Assembly (NCBI GenBank): GCA_036675905.1
Contig: JAKFEA010000073.1
Span: 223-64,222 of the forward strand
DNA from: Acidovorax sp.
GTDB lineage: Bacteria > Pseudomonadota > Gammaproteobacteria > Burkholderiales > Burkholderiaceae_C
Length of the DNA: 64,000 nt
Direction: 5' to 3'
This document shows positions 9,203-19,438 of the stretch, one piece after another. The position numbers and the translations under genes were made by a program. Numbering within the stretch: position 1 is the first letter of the stretch; every line of letters begins with the position of its first letter. The notes below the pieces were generated by a model that made no database searches, was not told the origin of the DNA, and saw only the letters and a program-made list of their open reading frames with translations.

Positions 9203-9805
9203 ATGGCTGCGCGCGGCGAGAACGGCAGGATGGTGCGCAAGCTGGCGGTGGTGGCCGCCGGCATGTTCGTGTTCGGCTATGCGCTGATCCCCATCTACAA
9301 GCACATCTGCGAACTCACCGGCATCAACATCCTGGCGCTGGGCGAAAAGCAGGTGCCGGGCGGCTCCACCGCGGCGGCCAACAGCCAGGTCGACCGCAGC
9401 CGCACCATCACCGTCGAATTCGACGCCAATGCGCGCGGCCCGTGGCAGTTCAAGCCGGCCGTCAGCAGCGTGCAGGTGCATCCGGGCGAGCTGGCGACGG
9501 TGGTGTACGAGTTCCAGAACGTGCAGGACCGCCGCATGTCGGCGCAGGCCATTCCCAGCTATGCGCCGCGGCAGGCCTCGGCCCACTTCAACAAGCTGGA
9601 GTGCTTCTGCTTCAACCAGTACACGCTGGAGCCGGGCGAGAAGAAGCAGTGGCCGGTGGCCTTCGTGATCGACCCCAAGCTGTCCAGGGACGTCACCACG
9701 ATCACGCTGTCCTACACCTTCTTCGAGGTGGGATCGTCCACGCCGCCGGCGCCAGGCGCCGTGTCGTCGGTCCAGCCCGTTGCCGCGGCGGGAGAGCGGT
9801 CATGA
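9203..9805 (+). CDS. ctaG: Cytochrome c oxidase assembly protein CtaG/Cox11
   Basis: FNKLECFCF copper motif and N-terminal TM. Confidence 0.95.
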   Translation: MAARGENGRMVRKLAVVAAGMFVFGYALIPIYKHICELTGINILALGEKQVPGGSTAAANSQVDRSRTITVEFDANARGPWQFKPAVSSVQVHPGELATVVYEFQNVQDRRMSAQAIPSYAPRQASAHFNKLECFCFNQYTLEPGEKKQWPVAFVIDPKLSRDVTTITLSYTFFEVGSSTPPAPGAVSSVQPVAAAGERS

Positions 9806-9978
9806 GCTTCCTGCGAACGGCGCGCACGGTCGCCTGGTCCTTCCTCGGCGTGCGCAAGCGCAGCGGCTGGGAAGAGGATGCCCAGCGCGCCAATCCGCTG
9901 CACGTGGTGGCGGTGGGGCTGGTTGGCATTGCGGTCATCGTGGGCGGCCTGATCGGGCTGGTCCACTGGGTCGCCTAG
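9802..9978 (+). CDS. DUF2970-like small membrane protein
   Basis: MSFLRTARTVAWSFLGVRKR...NPLHVV; ATGA overlap with ctaG. Confidence 0.8.
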   Translation: MSFLRTARTVAWSFLGVRKRSGWEEDAQRANPLHVVAVGLVGIAVIVGGLIGLVHWVA

Positions 9979-10019
9979 CAAAAAACTTCAAGAGCATCGA
10001 AAGCAGGAGTCGAGAAACC

Positions 10020-10901
10020 ATGAGTGCAACCGCCGGCGGCAGCCAGCCCTACTACTTCGTGCCGCAGCCCTCGCGGCACCCCTTCTTCGCCGCGTTCGGC
10101 CTGTTCTTCGTCGTCTTCGGCGCCGCGCAATGGCTCAACAGCGTCAGCTGGGGCCGCTGGATGTTCCTGTTCGGGCTGCTGTGGCTGTTCGGCGTGCTGT
10201 TCCAGTGGTTCCGCGACGCCATCCACGAGAGCGAAACCGGACAGTACAGCCGCAAGGTGGACTACTCGTTCCGCTGGAGCATGAGCTGGTTCATCTTCTC
10301 CGAGGTGATGTTCTTCGGCGCCTTCTTCACCGCGTTGTGGTGGATGCGCGCGCACTCGGTGCCGGAGCTCGGCGGCCTGGAAAACTCCATCCTGTGGCCG
10401 GACTTCAAGGCCGTCTGGCCCAGCGTCGCTCCCGGCGTCACCGCATCGCCGGCCGGCACCATCGAGCCGTTCCAGGCCATGGGTCCGCTGTGGCTGCCCA
10501 CGATCAACACGGCGCTGCTGCTGTCCTCCGGGGTGACCCTGACCATCGCCCACCACCTGCTGCGCGAAGGCAGGCGCGGGGCGACCATAGCCTTCATGTG
10601 GCTGACGGTGCTGCTGGGCTTCACCTTCCTGTGCGTCCAGGGCTACGAGTACTTCCACGCCTACACCGACCTGAACCTCAAGCTCACTTCCGGCGCCTAC
10701 GGTTCCACCTTCTTCATGCTCACCGGCTTCCACGGCTTCCACGTGCTGGTGGGCATGCTGATGCTGTTCTTCATCACGCTGCGCCTGATGAAGGGGCACT
10801 TCACGCCCGATCGCCACTTCGGCTTCGAGGGTGCCGCCTGGTACTGGCACTTCGTGGACGTGGTCTGGCTGGGCCTGTACGTGCTGGTCTACTGGATGTA
10901 G
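10020..10901 (+). CDS. coxC: Cytochrome c oxidase subunit III
   Basis: WFIFSEVMFF, TGFHGFHV and AAWYWHFVDVVW motifs. Confidence 0.97.
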   Translation: MSATAGGSQPYYFVPQPSRHPFFAAFGLFFVVFGAAQWLNSVSWGRWMFLFGLLWLFGVLFQWFRDAIHESETGQYSRKVDYSFRWSMSWFIFSEVMFFGAFFTALWWMRAHSVPELGGLENSILWPDFKAVWPSVAPGVTASPAGTIEPFQAMGPLWLPTINTALLLSSGVTLTIAHHLLREGRRGATIAFMWLTVLLGFTFLCVQGYEYFHAYTDLNLKLTSGAYGSTFFMLTGFHGFHVLVGMLMLFFITLRLMKGHFTPDRHFGFEGAAWYWHFVDVVWLGLYVLVYWM

Positions 10902-10920
10902 GCCTCGCACCGGCCACCGG

Positions 10921-10958
10921 AAAGCACAAGGCGCCCCTTTGGGCGCCTTGTGCTTTTT
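10921..10958. terminator. Bidirectional terminator between convergent genes
   Basis: AAAGCACAAGGCGCCC-CTTT-GGGCGCCTTGTGCTTTTT. Confidence 0.85.
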
Positions 10959-10971
10959 CCAGCCGGGGCTT

Positions 10972-11193
10972 TCAGGCCCCCGCGGGGATTCCGGTAGGCT
11001 GGATGTACCCGAGCTTCCAGGCGATCAGGATGCAGATGAACAGCAGGATGGAAAAGCCCACCCGGAAGGCCAGCGCACGCGCCATGCGGCTGGTCCTGGG
11101 CCGGCCGTCCTGGCCGTCGCGCATCATGAAGTACAGGGCCGACCCGAGGCTGCCAATGATGGCGACGAACGCCAGCAGCACGAGGTATTTCAT
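10972..11193 (-). CDS. Twin-TM small protein (DUF2909/HIG1-like)
   Basis: MKYLVLLAFVAIIGSLGSALYFMM...ALAFRVGFSI...GYIQPTGIP. Confidence 0.85.
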   Translation of the reverse strand: MKYLVLLAFVAIIGSLGSALYFMMRDGQDGRPRTSRMARALAFRVGFSILLFICILIAWKLGYIQPTGIPAGA

Positions 11194-11217
11194 GCCGCCG
11201 ATTATCGGCGCAGCGCC

Positions 11218-11940
11218 ATGAGGTGCGCCCGCTCCTGGGTCCTGACCCTGGCCGCGCTGCTGGGGATTGGGGTCACGTTTGCGCTGGGGCTGTGGCAGCT
11301 GGACCGCGCCCACCAGAAGGAGGCGCTGGCGCAGGCGATCCAGTCGCGTGAAGGCTTGGCGCCGCTGGGCCAGGCCGAGTTGCTGTCGCCCGGCCGACAC
11401 GAGCTGCTGCACCGCCCGGTTCGCCTGCGCGGGCACTGGCTGCCCGCGCACACGGTGCTCCTGGACAACCGGCAGATGGAAGGGCGTGTCGGCTTCTACG
11501 TGCTGACCCCCCTGCGGCTGGCCGGCAGCGACGCCGTCGTGCTGGTGCAGCGTGGCTGGGCGCCACGCAACTTCGAGCGGCGCGAGCAACTTCCGCCGAT
11601 CGAGACACCGGCCGGCAAAGTGGAACTGAACGGCCGCATTGCCCCGCCTCCGGCCAAGCTTTACCAGTTCGGCTCGGCCGGCGCCGGGGCCATCCGGCAA
11701 AATCTCGACCTGCCGCCGTTTGCGGCCGAAACGGGTTTGAAGCTGCTGACCGAGGTGTCGGTGCAGCAGACCGGACCGGCCTCGCAGGGCCTGCGCCGCG
11801 AGTGGCCGGAAACCGGTGGCCGCGGCCCGGAAACCAATTACGGCTACGCCTTCCAGTGGTGGGCCCTGTGCGGCCTGATCGCCTTCCTCTATGCCTGGCT
11901 CCAGTTCATCCATCCCCGCCGCCAAGCCCGGACCCCTTGA
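11218..11940 (+). CDS. SURF1 family protein
   Basis: LGLWQLDRA, VLVQRGW and NYGYAFQWW motifs. Confidence 0.92.
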   Translation: MRCARSWVLTLAALLGIGVTFALGLWQLDRAHQKEALAQAIQSREGLAPLGQAELLSPGRHELLHRPVRLRGHWLPAHTVLLDNRQMEGRVGFYVLTPLRLAGSDAVVLVQRGWAPRNFERREQLPPIETPAGKVELNGRIAPPPAKLYQFGSAGAGAIRQNLDLPPFAAETGLKLLTEVSVQQTGPASQGLRREWPETGGRGPETNYGYAFQWWALCGLIAFLYAWLQFIHPRRQARTP

Positions 11941-12604
11941 CCAGCCGCTCGATCTGACGGTGCACGCGCTGCCGGGTCCGCGCGAGCTGGAGGAAGCCCA
12001 GCGCACGACGCGCGGGCGCCTCAAGATGCTCTTCGTGCTGCTGATCTGCGCGGCGCCCGTCATCGCTTCGTACTTCACCTACTACGTCGTGCGGCCGGAA
12101 GGGCGGCGCAATTTCGGCGAATTGATCCAGCCGCAGCTGCCGCTCCCCACCGTCGTCGCCGCCAGCCCGGACGGAGAACCGGTGCCGCTGTCGCAGCTGA
12201 AGGGCCAGTGGCTGCTGGTCAGCGTGGCCGGGGGCGCTTGCGTGGAGCCCTGCGAGAACCACCTGTACCTGCAACGCCAGATGCGCGAGGCGCTCGGAAA
12301 GGACAAGGACCGCCTCGACTGGGTCTGGTTGGTCGGCGACGCCGCACCGCTGCGGCCCGAACTGCAACCCGCCTTGGCCGCCGCCACCGTGCTGCGCGTG
12401 CCGCGCGAGCAACTGGCGCGTTGGCTGCAACCGGCCGCGGGACATGCGCTGGAAGACCATCTCTATGTGGTCGATCCGATGGGGAACTGGATGATGCGCT
12501 TCCCGGCCGGACTGGATCGCCAGGGCGCGGCGAAGGCCAAGGCCGACCTGGATCGCCTGTTGCGGGCCTCGGCCGGATGGGACCAACCGGGGCGTGCCCA
12601 ATGA
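11891..12604 (+). CDS. Membrane-anchored SCO/thioredoxin-like cytochrome oxidase assembly protein
   Basis: ICAAPVIASY TM, CxxxC (CVEPC) and YVVDPMGNWMMRF; start uncertain. Confidence 0.75.
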   Translation: MPGSSSSIPAAKPGPLDQPLDLTVHALPGPRELEEAQRTTRGRLKMLFVLLICAAPVIASYFTYYVVRPEGRRNFGELIQPQLPLPTVVAASPDGEPVPLSQLKGQWLLVSVAGGACVEPCENHLYLQRQMREALGKDKDRLDWVWLVGDAAPLRPELQPALAAATVLRVPREQLARWLQPAAGHALEDHLYVVDPMGNWMMRFPAGLDRQGAAKAKADLDRLLRASAGWDQPGRAQ

Positions 12605-13758
12605 CCAGCCTGGTCGATCTCTCGCCGGCGCTGCACATGATGGCCGCGGGCCTCGTGCTGGCCGCCGGGCCGCTCGGCTGGCTCTGGCTGCGCAACCGGA
12701 ACGCCTCGCCGGTGCACCGGCTGGCCTTGCTGACCGGCCTGACGCTGTTCCTCACCCTGGACCTGGTCGTCTTCGGTGCCTTCACCCGGCTGACCGACTC
12801 CGGCCTGGGCTGCCCGGATTGGCCCGGCTGCTACGCCAGCGCCAGTCCGGTGGGCGCGCACGCGGAGATCAGCGCCGCCCAGGCCGAGATGCCCACCGGC
12901 CCGGTGACGCACACCAAGGCCTGGATCGAGATGGTGCACCGCTATCTCGCCACCGGCGTGGGCGTCCTGATCCTGACGCTGGCGGTGGCGACTTGGGTGC
13001 TGCGCCGGCGCGAGCACCTGCCGGTCGGACCCTGGTGGCCCACGGCGACGCTGGTGTGGGTGTGCATCCAGGGGGCCTTCGGTGCACTGACGGTCACCAT
13101 GAAACTGTTCCCGGCCATCGTCACCCTGCACCTGCTGGGCGGACTGGTGCTGCTGGCGCTGCTGGTGCGGCAGGCGGTGGGCTATCGGCAGGCTGAGCGG
13201 ACCGGCGGCCGGACGCCGCTGGCCGGAACGACGTACGCGCTGCTGCTGGCCACCTCGGCCGCTGTCTGGCTGCAGGCGGCACTGGGCGGGTGGGTCAGCA
13301 CCAACTACGCCGTGCTGGCCTGCCAGCAGTTCCCCACCTGCCAGGGCGGCTGGTGGCCGGCCATGGACTTCGCGCAGGGCTTCGAGCTGTGGCGGCCGCT
13401 GGGTCTGACGGCCGCCGGCGAGCATGTGAGTTTCGCCGCGCTGACCGCCATCCACTACGTGCACCGGCTGGCCGCCTACGTCGTGCTCGCGCTGTTGCTG
13501 GTGCTGGCGTGGCGGCTGCGCGCGGCGCTCCCGCGGCAGGCGCGGCTGCTCGGAGCATTGGCGCTGTGGCAATTGCTGAGCGGCCTGTCCAACGTGGTGC
13601 TCGACTGGCCGTTGCTGGCCGCGCTCGCCCACACCGGCGGTGCGGCGCTGCTGGTGATGGTGCTGACCTGGAGCGTGTGCGAGACCCGCCAGGCCGGCGC
13701 AGCCGCCCTGGACGCGCTGTCGACCGGGCAGCGGCACCGCGAGGGAGTCCGGACATGA
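12601..13758 (+). CDS. ctaA: Haem A synthase (COX15/CtaA)
   Basis: [21 protein letters not shown] and IHYVHR motifs. Confidence 0.93.
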   Translation: MTSLVDLSPALHMMAAGLVLAAGPLGWLWLRNRNASPVHRLALLTGLTLFLTLDLVVFGAFTRLTDSGLGCPDWPGCYASASPVGAHAEISAAQAEMPTGPVTHTKAWIEMVHRYLATGVGVLILTLAVATWVLRRREHLPVGPWWPTATLVWVCIQGAFGALTVTMKLFPAIVTLHLLGGLVLLALLVRQAVGYRQAERTGGRTPLAGTTYALLLATSAAVWLQAALGGWVSTNYAVLACQQFPTCQGGWWPAMDFAQGFELWRPLGLTAAGEHVSFAALTAIHYVHRLAAYVVLALLLVLAWRLRAALPRQARLLGALALWQLLSGLSNVVLDWPLLAALAHTGGAALLVMVLTWSVCETRQAGAAALDALSTGQRHREGVRT

Positions 13759-14624
13759 CCCGGGCCGCCCAGTTCTACGCGCTGACCAAGCCGCGCGTGA
13801 TCCAGCTGATCGTCTTCTGCGCGGTCATCGGCATGGTGCTGGCCGTGCCGGGCGTGCCCCGGCTCGAGGACTTGCGCCTGGCCGCCTTCGCCGCGCTGGG
13901 CATCTGGCTGGTGGCCGGCGCTGCCGCCGCCTTCAACTGCCTGGTCGAGAAGGGCATAGACGCCAGGATGCGCCGCACCGCCTGGCGCCCCACCGCGAGA
14001 GGCGAGCTGTCGGACACCCAGGCCCTGCTGTTCTCGGCACTGCTGTGCGCCGCCGGCTCGCTGCTTCTGTACTGGACGGTCAACCCGCTCACCATGTGGC
14101 TGACCTTCGGAACCTTCGTCGGCTATGCGGTGATCTACACCGTGGTGCTCAAGCCGCGGACGCCCCAGAACATCGTCATCGGCGGTGCGTCCGGCGCGAT
14201 GCCGCCGGTGCTGGGCTGGGCGGCGATGCGCGGCGACGTCGGACCCGAGGCGCTGGTGCTGTTCCTGATCATCTTCCTGTGGACCCCGCCGCACTTCTGG
14301 GCGCTGGCCCTGTACCGGGTGGAGGACTACCGCAAGTCGGGCCTGCCGATGCTGCCGGTGACCCACGGCAGCGAATTCACGCGCCTGCAGATCCTGCTGT
14401 ACACGCTGGTGCTGGCCGCCGCCTGCCTGCTGCCCTTCGCCATCGGCATGAGCTCCTGGCTGTACCTGGCCGCGGCGCTGGCGCTGAGCGCCGGCTTCAC
14501 CTGGTACGGCTTCCGTCTCTGGCGCGACTACTCCGACGCGCTGGCGCGCAAGACTTTCCGTTTCTCGCTGGTCCACCTGAGCGTGCTGTTCGCCGCGCTG
14601 CTGCTGGATCACTATCTGCTCTGA
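13755..14624 (+). CDS. cyoE: Protoheme IX farnesyltransferase (haem O synthase)
   Basis: [18 protein letters not shown] and [11 protein letters not shown] motifs. Confidence 0.96.
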   Translation: MTRAAQFYALTKPRVIQLIVFCAVIGMVLAVPGVPRLEDLRLAAFAALGIWLVAGAAAAFNCLVEKGIDARMRRTAWRPTARGELSDTQALLFSALLCAAGSLLLYWTVNPLTMWLTFGTFVGYAVIYTVVLKPRTPQNIVIGGASGAMPPVLGWAAMRGDVGPEALVLFLIIFLWTPPHFWALALYRVEDYRKSGLPMLPVTHGSEFTRLQILLYTLVLAAACLLPFAIGMSSWLYLAAALALSAGFTWYGFRLWRDYSDALARKTFRFSLVHLSVLFAALLLDHYLL

Positions 14625-14631
14625 GGTGCCC

Positions 14632-15225
14632 ATGGACCGTCGCCATATCCTGCAATTGCTTGCCGCCGCCGCGCTGCCCGGCGCCCTGGCCGCCTGCGGC
14701 GAGAGCAAGCCGCAGTTTTCCGCCATCGACGTCTCTGGCATGGACTATGCCAAGGGCTTCCAGTTGCCCGACGCCGACGGGCAGGTGCGCACGCTGCAGG
14801 ACTTCCGCGGTAAGGCGGTCGTGGTGTTCTTCGGCTACACCCAGTGCCCCGACGTGTGCCCCACCACCTTGAGCGAGATCGCGCAGGCCAAGCAGCTGCT
14901 GGGCCCCGACGGCGCCAAGGTGCAGGGGATCTTCATCACGGTGGATCCCGAGCGCGACACGCCGGAGGTGCTCAAGGCCTACATGGCCAACTTCGGGCCC
15001 GACTTCATCGCGCTGCGCGGCACGCCCGAGCAGGTCGAAGCCACGGCCAGGGACTACAAGGTCTATTACAAGAAGGCCGAAGGCAAGACGCCGGGCAGCT
15101 ACACCATGGACCACTCGGCCGCCAGCTTCGTGTACGACCCGCAGGGGCGCCTGCGCCTGTACACGCGCTACGGCACCGGGCCGCAGGCGCTGGCCGGCGA
15201 CCTCAAGCAGTTGCTGAAGGCATAG
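14632..15225 (+). CDS. SCO family copper chaperone lipoprotein
   Basis: LAAC lipobox, FGYTQCPDVCP and YTMDH. Confidence 0.93.
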   Translation: MDRRHILQLLAAAALPGALAACGESKPQFSAIDVSGMDYAKGFQLPDADGQVRTLQDFRGKAVVVFFGYTQCPDVCPTTLSEIAQAKQLLGPDGAKVQGIFITVDPERDTPEVLKAYMANFGPDFIALRGTPEQVEATARDYKVYYKKAEGKTPGSYTMDHSAASFVYDPQGRLRLYTRYGTGPQALAGDLKQLLKA

Positions 15226-15271
15226 CCCGCAGGCCCCCGGGGGGTCTCGCCCGGGTTCAGTGGAATGCGTG

Positions 15272-15293
15272 CGTTCCCGCTTTCGCGGGAACG
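15272..15293. repeat. REP-like hairpin
   Basis: CGTTCCCGC-TTTC-GCGGGAACG; same core as 59456-59475. Confidence 0.6.
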
Positions 15294-15332
15294 ACCAGGT
15301 TTCCGGTCTTCAACCGACCGCAGGTCGAACCG

Positions 15333-16334
15333 TCACTGAACCTTTATGTTGCGCGTCCGGATCACGCCGCCGAGCAGCGCGGTGTCCGCCTTGATCCGCT
15401 TGGCAAGGCCTTCGCCCGACGTGCCGGCCACCTGCCAGCCCAGCTGGAACATGCGCTGGCGCACTTCGGGGCTGCGCGCGATGTCGGAGATCAGCGAGGA
15501 GAGCTTGTCCACCAGCGGACGCGGCATCGAGGCGGGGCCTGCCGCCGCGGTCCAGATTTCCAGCTGGAAGCCGCGTGTCACGCCGGCCTCGTCCAGGCTC
15601 GGGTATTCGGGCACCAGAGCGCTGCGGCCGGGGGAGGTGACGCCGATCGCCTTGAGCTTGCCGGCGCGGATCTGCACCGCCGCCAGGCCCGGCGGCAGCA
15701 GCGACAGCTGGATCTGCCCGCCGATCATGGCGTTGATCACCTGCGGGTTGCCGGGATAGGGCACATGGACCGGGTCGATGCCGGTGCGCGTCTTGAGCAG
15801 CTCCATGCCGAGGTGGCCCACGGTGCCGATGCCGGGCGTGCCGTAGCTCCACTTGTTGCCGGCGTTGCGGGCGGCAACGAAGAACTCCTGCGCGGTGCTG
15901 CCCGGCGTGCCGTTCGCCGCCGTCAGCAGCAGCGGCGCGGTGCCGATCAGGCTGATAGGCGCGAAGGCCTTGAGCGGGTCGAACGGCGTCGCCGGATTCA
16001 GCATCTTCGCAATGGTCATGTTGCCGTTGATCAGGATGCCGATGGTGTGCAGGTCGGTGGACTTGGCGACCATGTCGGCCGCGATGTTGCCGCCGGCCCC
16101 GGGCCTGTTCTCCACCACCACCGGCTGCCCCAGCGCCTTGGACAGCGGCTCCGACAGGGTGCGTGCGACCTGGTCGGGCGTGGAGCCGCCGGGGAAGCCC
16201 ACCAGCAGCCGGATCGGCTTGTTGGGCCAGTCGGCCGGGACCGCCGCAGGCCGCGCCTTTTGCGCGAAAGCGGCGCCCGATGCGGCTGCGAGGGCAAACG
16301 AAAGCGCGGTGCGACGGGGAATGGGATGGGCCAT
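15333..16334 (-). CDS. Tripartite tricarboxylate transporter substrate-binding protein (Bug/TctC)
   Basis: WPNKPIRLLVGFPGGS, VVENRPGAGGNIA and HVPY motifs. Confidence 0.93.
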   Translation of the reverse strand: MAHPIPRRTALSFALAAASGAAFAQKARPAAVPADWPNKPIRLLVGFPGGSTPDQVARTLSEPLSKALGQPVVVENRPGAGGNIAADMVAKSTDLHTIGILINGNMTIAKMLNPATPFDPLKAFAPISLIGTAPLLLTAANGTPGSTAQEFFVAARNAGNKWSYGTPGIGTVGHLGMELLKTRTGIDPVHVPYPGNPQVINAMIGGQIQLSLLPPGLAAVQIRAGKLKAIGVTSPGRSALVPEYPSLDEAGVTRGFQLEIWTAAAGPASMPRPLVDKLSSLISDIARSPEVRQRMFQLGWQVAGTSGEGLAKRIKADTALLGGVIRTRNIKVQ

Positions 16335-16444
16335 GTTCGGGTTCCTTGCTGTGATCCAGGCGCGCCGGCGACCTTGCCGGGCAGGACAGCAATGCTAACG
16401 GCAGGACCCGGAATCCGCCGCGGCCCCGCGGCCGGCCGCAGCCG

Positions 16445-18166
16445 CTAGAAGTTGAGCGGGCGGATCTGCTTGCGCGACTCGGGCCGCACCGAGGCGAGCG
16501 CCGCCAACGCCCATTCCAGCGTCGCCGCAGCCGGCTGCCGGTCCGGCAGCAGCGCCATCACCACGTGCAGGCGCAACGTCAGGCCGCCGGGCAGTGCCGG
16601 GGCCGCGCGCAGGCCACTGGCGACGATCTGCTGCGCGCGGGCCGTGGCCGCATCGGTGCCGGTGGGGCCCTCCAGCAGCAGCGCGAATTCGTGCTCGCCC
16701 ACGCGCGCCGCCAGGTCGATGTCGGTCGCGGCCCGCCGCACGTGCGAAGCCGCCACGACCAGTGCCCGGTCCAGCGTCTCGCCCCCGAACTCGCTGGCGA
16801 TCGCGTCGTGGTTGGCCAGCTTGACCAGCAGCAGCGCGAACGAGTGCTTCTGGTTGCGGCCGCGCGCCGTCGCCTCCTCCATTCGCTGCAGCATCGTGGG
16901 CCGGTCGGCCAGGCCGGTGAGGGCATCGGTGTTCGACAGGGCGGAGGCGCGCACGTGGGCCTCGCGCCGTCGCCGCGAACGCAGGCTGAGCGCATGGAAC
17001 AGGATCGGCATCTCCAGCGCGGCCCCGATGGCCAGGCCGTAGCGCGTCAGGATGCCGTTCGGGATCAGTCCAAGGCCGCGGGCAAGCGGAAACAGCGCCA
17101 TCAGCAGCACCGGCACGAAGCCCAGGGCGATGAGCCGGATGCCGGCGTCATTGCCCTTGATCCAGACCAGCCCGATCAGCACGGCGATCAGAACCACGGC
17201 CATGGTCGTGAGAATCAGCCGGACGCCGAACAGGGTGCGGCTGGGCAGCCAGAAGTCCACCAGCACCGCCAGCAGCATGGCCAGCATCAGCATCCAGACC
17301 ATCCGGTCCAGCAGGCGCGAGAAGCGCGCCGGCTCGGTCACCACCTGCACGAACCACAGGGCGGCCACTCCGGAGAGCCCGGGAAGAAGGAAGGTGGACA
17401 GCGCATTCCAGGTCAGCCAGGGTTCCCAGAGGTATTGCGAACCGACCCCGAGGTAGGCCGCCTGACCCAGCGTGAACAGGAGCAGGTAGACGGCATAGGA
17501 CGCGAAATTGCGATCGCGGTAAGTGACGGCGTTCGCCAGCGATATGAGGGCCAGCAGAGCCGCGATGCCGAAGTACGCACCGAGCAGGAAATGCTCGCCC
17601 TCGCGGGTGGCGAGCAGGTGGGCCTGGCCGTGCAGCGACAGGCCCGCCGCGAAATTCACCCGGTCATGCTCGATCCGCACCCAATAGGTGATGGGCTGGG
17701 TGCTCGAGTGCGCCAGCTCGAAGGCCGGTGAATGGCCCGGCACCGGCCATTGCGACACCGGCAAGCTGTCGCCCGCCTCCTGCCGCACCCAGGCGCCGCG
17801 GTCCGTGCGATGGAAGAACTGCACGCGGTCGATGCCGGACGAGCCGACCACGAAGAACCAGGAGTTGCCGTCGTGCACCTGGGCCTGGAAGCGGATCCAC
17901 AGCGCCTTGCCGTCCAGGTCGTGCTGCTCGCCGCGCCGGCGCACGGTCCAGGGGAGCCTGGCCGCCTGGGCTTCCACTTCCTCGACCGTGAGGCTGCGGC
18001 CGGGCTCGACCCAGACCAGCGCCTTGCCGTCCAGCGCCAACGAGCTTTCCTGCGGCTGGAGCACGAAGGCCGCCGGCGCGCCCGGCAGCGCGTCCGCCAT
18101 GGCTGCCGCGGCAGCCATGAGCCACAGTCCACCCAGCCACCAGCGAACGACCAGCCTTTTGAGCAC
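16445..18166 (-). CDS. 7TM-DISM sensor with degenerate GGDEF domain
   Basis: Periplasmic DISMED2-like region, about 7 TMs, TDALTGL; active site reads GEHEF; start could be about 18118. Confidence 0.85.
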   Translation of the reverse strand: MLKRLVVRWWLGGLWLMAAAAAMADALPGAPAAFVLQPQESSLALDGKALVWVEPGRSLTVEEVEAQAARLPWTVRRRGEQHDLDGKALWIRFQAQVHDGNSWFFVVGSSGIDRVQFFHRTDRGAWVRQEAGDSLPVSQWPVPGHSPAFELAHSSTQPITYWVRIEHDRVNFAAGLSLHGQAHLLATREGEHFLLGAYFGIAALLALISLANAVTYRDRNFASYAVYLLLFTLGQAAYLGVGSQYLWEPWLTWNALSTFLLPGLSGVAALWFVQVVTEPARFSRLLDRMVWMLMLAMLLAVLVDFWLPSRTLFGVRLILTTMAVVLIAVLIGLVWIKGNDAGIRLIALGFVPVLLMALFPLARGLGLIPNGILTRYGLAIGAALEMPILFHALSLRSRRRREAHVRASALSNTDALTGLADRPTMLQRMEEATARGRNQKHSFALLLVKLANHDAIASEFGGETLDRALVVAASHVRRAATDIDLAARVGEHEFALLLEGPTGTDAATARAQQIVASGLRAAPALPGGLTLRLHVVMALLPDRQPAAATLEWALAALASVRPESRKQIRPLNF

Positions 18167-18214
18167 GCGCCAATTGTCACAGGTTTGTTACAAATGCGCT
18201 GTCACATGCCCAAC

Positions 18215-18241
18215 AAGAAGAAGCCCGGCAGTGCCGGGCTC
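18215..18241 (-). terminator. Terminator downstream of rpoH
   Basis: Minus strand AGCCCGGC-ACT-GCCGGGCT followed by TCTTCTT. Confidence 0.65.
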
Positions 18242-18258
18242 CGTGGTGTCCTGCAGGA

Positions 18259-19194
18259 TCAGGCGTAGGCCGCCAGCGCCTTGCGCATCTTCTTCATGGC
18301 AGCCACCTCGATCTGGCGGATTCGCTCGGCCGAGACGCCGTACTCGGCGGCCAGCTCGTGCAGCGTGCGGCCGCCCGAGCCGTCGTCGTTCACCTTGAGC
18401 CAGCGCTCTTCCACGATCCGGCGGCTGCGCGCATCCAGCCCGTCCAGGGCAGCGGCGATGCCATCGGTGGCCATCGCGTCGCGTTGCTGCGATTCCAGCA
18501 CGGCGGTGGGCTCCTGGCTGGCGTCCGACAGGTAGGCGATCGGCCCGAAGGATTCCTCGCCATCGTCGGCCGGCGCGGGATCGAGCAGCACGTCGCCGCC
18601 CGACATGCGGGTTTCCATCTCCACCACTTCCTCGCGCTTGACGTTCAGCTCGCGGGCCATCACGTCGATCTGCGCATCGGTCAGCGTATCGCGGTGGGTC
18701 TGCGCATCCTCGTCGTCCTTGAAGCCCTGCTTCATGGAGCGCAGGTTGAAGAACAGCTTGCGCTGGGCCTTGGTGGTCGCCACCTTGACCATGCGCCAGT
18801 TCTTCAGGATGTACTCGTGGATCTCGGCGCGGATCCAGTGCAGCGCGTAGCTGACCAGGCGCACGCCCTGGTCGGGGTCGTAGCGCTTGACGGCCTTCAT
18901 CAGGCCGATGTTGCCTTCCTGGATCAGGTCGCCGTGCGGCAGGCCATAGCCCAGGTACTTGCGCGAGACCGAAACCACCAGCCGCAAGTGCGACAGCACC
19001 AGCTTGCCGGCCGCCTCCAGGTCGTCGTGGTCCCTGAACCTGCGGGCGAACTCCTGCTCCTCCTCGGGCGTGAGCATGGGCAGGCGGTTCACCGCGGAGA
19101 TGTAGGCGTCGAGGTTGCCGAGCGAAGGAACGACGGCCCAAGGGTTGGCGAGGGCCAGCGAACCGCCGGGCGATCCCATCGTCGAGGCTGTCAT
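18259..19194 (-). CDS. rpoH: RNA polymerase sigma-32 factor
   Basis: DLIQEGNIGLMKAV and RpoH box QRKLFFNLR; ATG at 19194 preceded by AAGGAG. Confidence 0.97.
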   Translation of the reverse strand: MTASTMGSPGGSLALANPWAVVPSLGNLDAYISAVNRLPMLTPEEEQEFARRFRDHDDLEAAGKLVLSHLRLVVSVSRKYLGYGLPHGDLIQEGNIGLMKAVKRYDPDQGVRLVSYALHWIRAEIHEYILKNWRMVKVATTKAQRKLFFNLRSMKQGFKDDEDAQTHRDTLTDAQIDVMARELNVKREEVVEMETRMSGGDVLLDPAPADDGEESFGPIAYLSDASQEPTAVLESQQRDAMATDGIAAALDGLDARSRRIVEERWLKVNDDGSGGRTLHELAAEYGVSAERIRQIEVAAMKKMRKALAAYA

Positions 19195-19225
19195 GCCGGG
19201 TGCTCCTTTCATGTTGGACTTCATA

Positions 19226-19252
19226 TTAGCACTCGCTTAGAGGGAGTGCTAA
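19226..19252. promoter_or_regulatory. CIRCE element (HrcA operator) upstream of rpoH
   Basis: Exact TTAGCACTC-GCTTAGAGG-GAGTGCTAA. Confidence 0.95.
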
Positions 19253-19438
19253 CGGGCAAGTTCAATCCCGGCCATAGCCGAAACTGCTAGCCGGATGGAC
19301 CCTGCCGGCGACTGGCAGGTTTCCCTCCTCGCATGTGAAAGCCGGAAACAACCTGTAGCAGAACGGGAGTGGGCACTAACCTTTTGATCTTCGGCTCCCG
19401 TTTGGAACAATGCCCCACCCTGCTGCGGATCAATCACC

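Noticed and set aside
307-9264. Very long antisense ORFs (307..3555, 6079..9264, and similarly 57160..59388 and 53863..55995)
   Set aside because: These are shadow frames opposite well-supported genes. They are expected from high-GC codon bias and carry no recognisable motifs.
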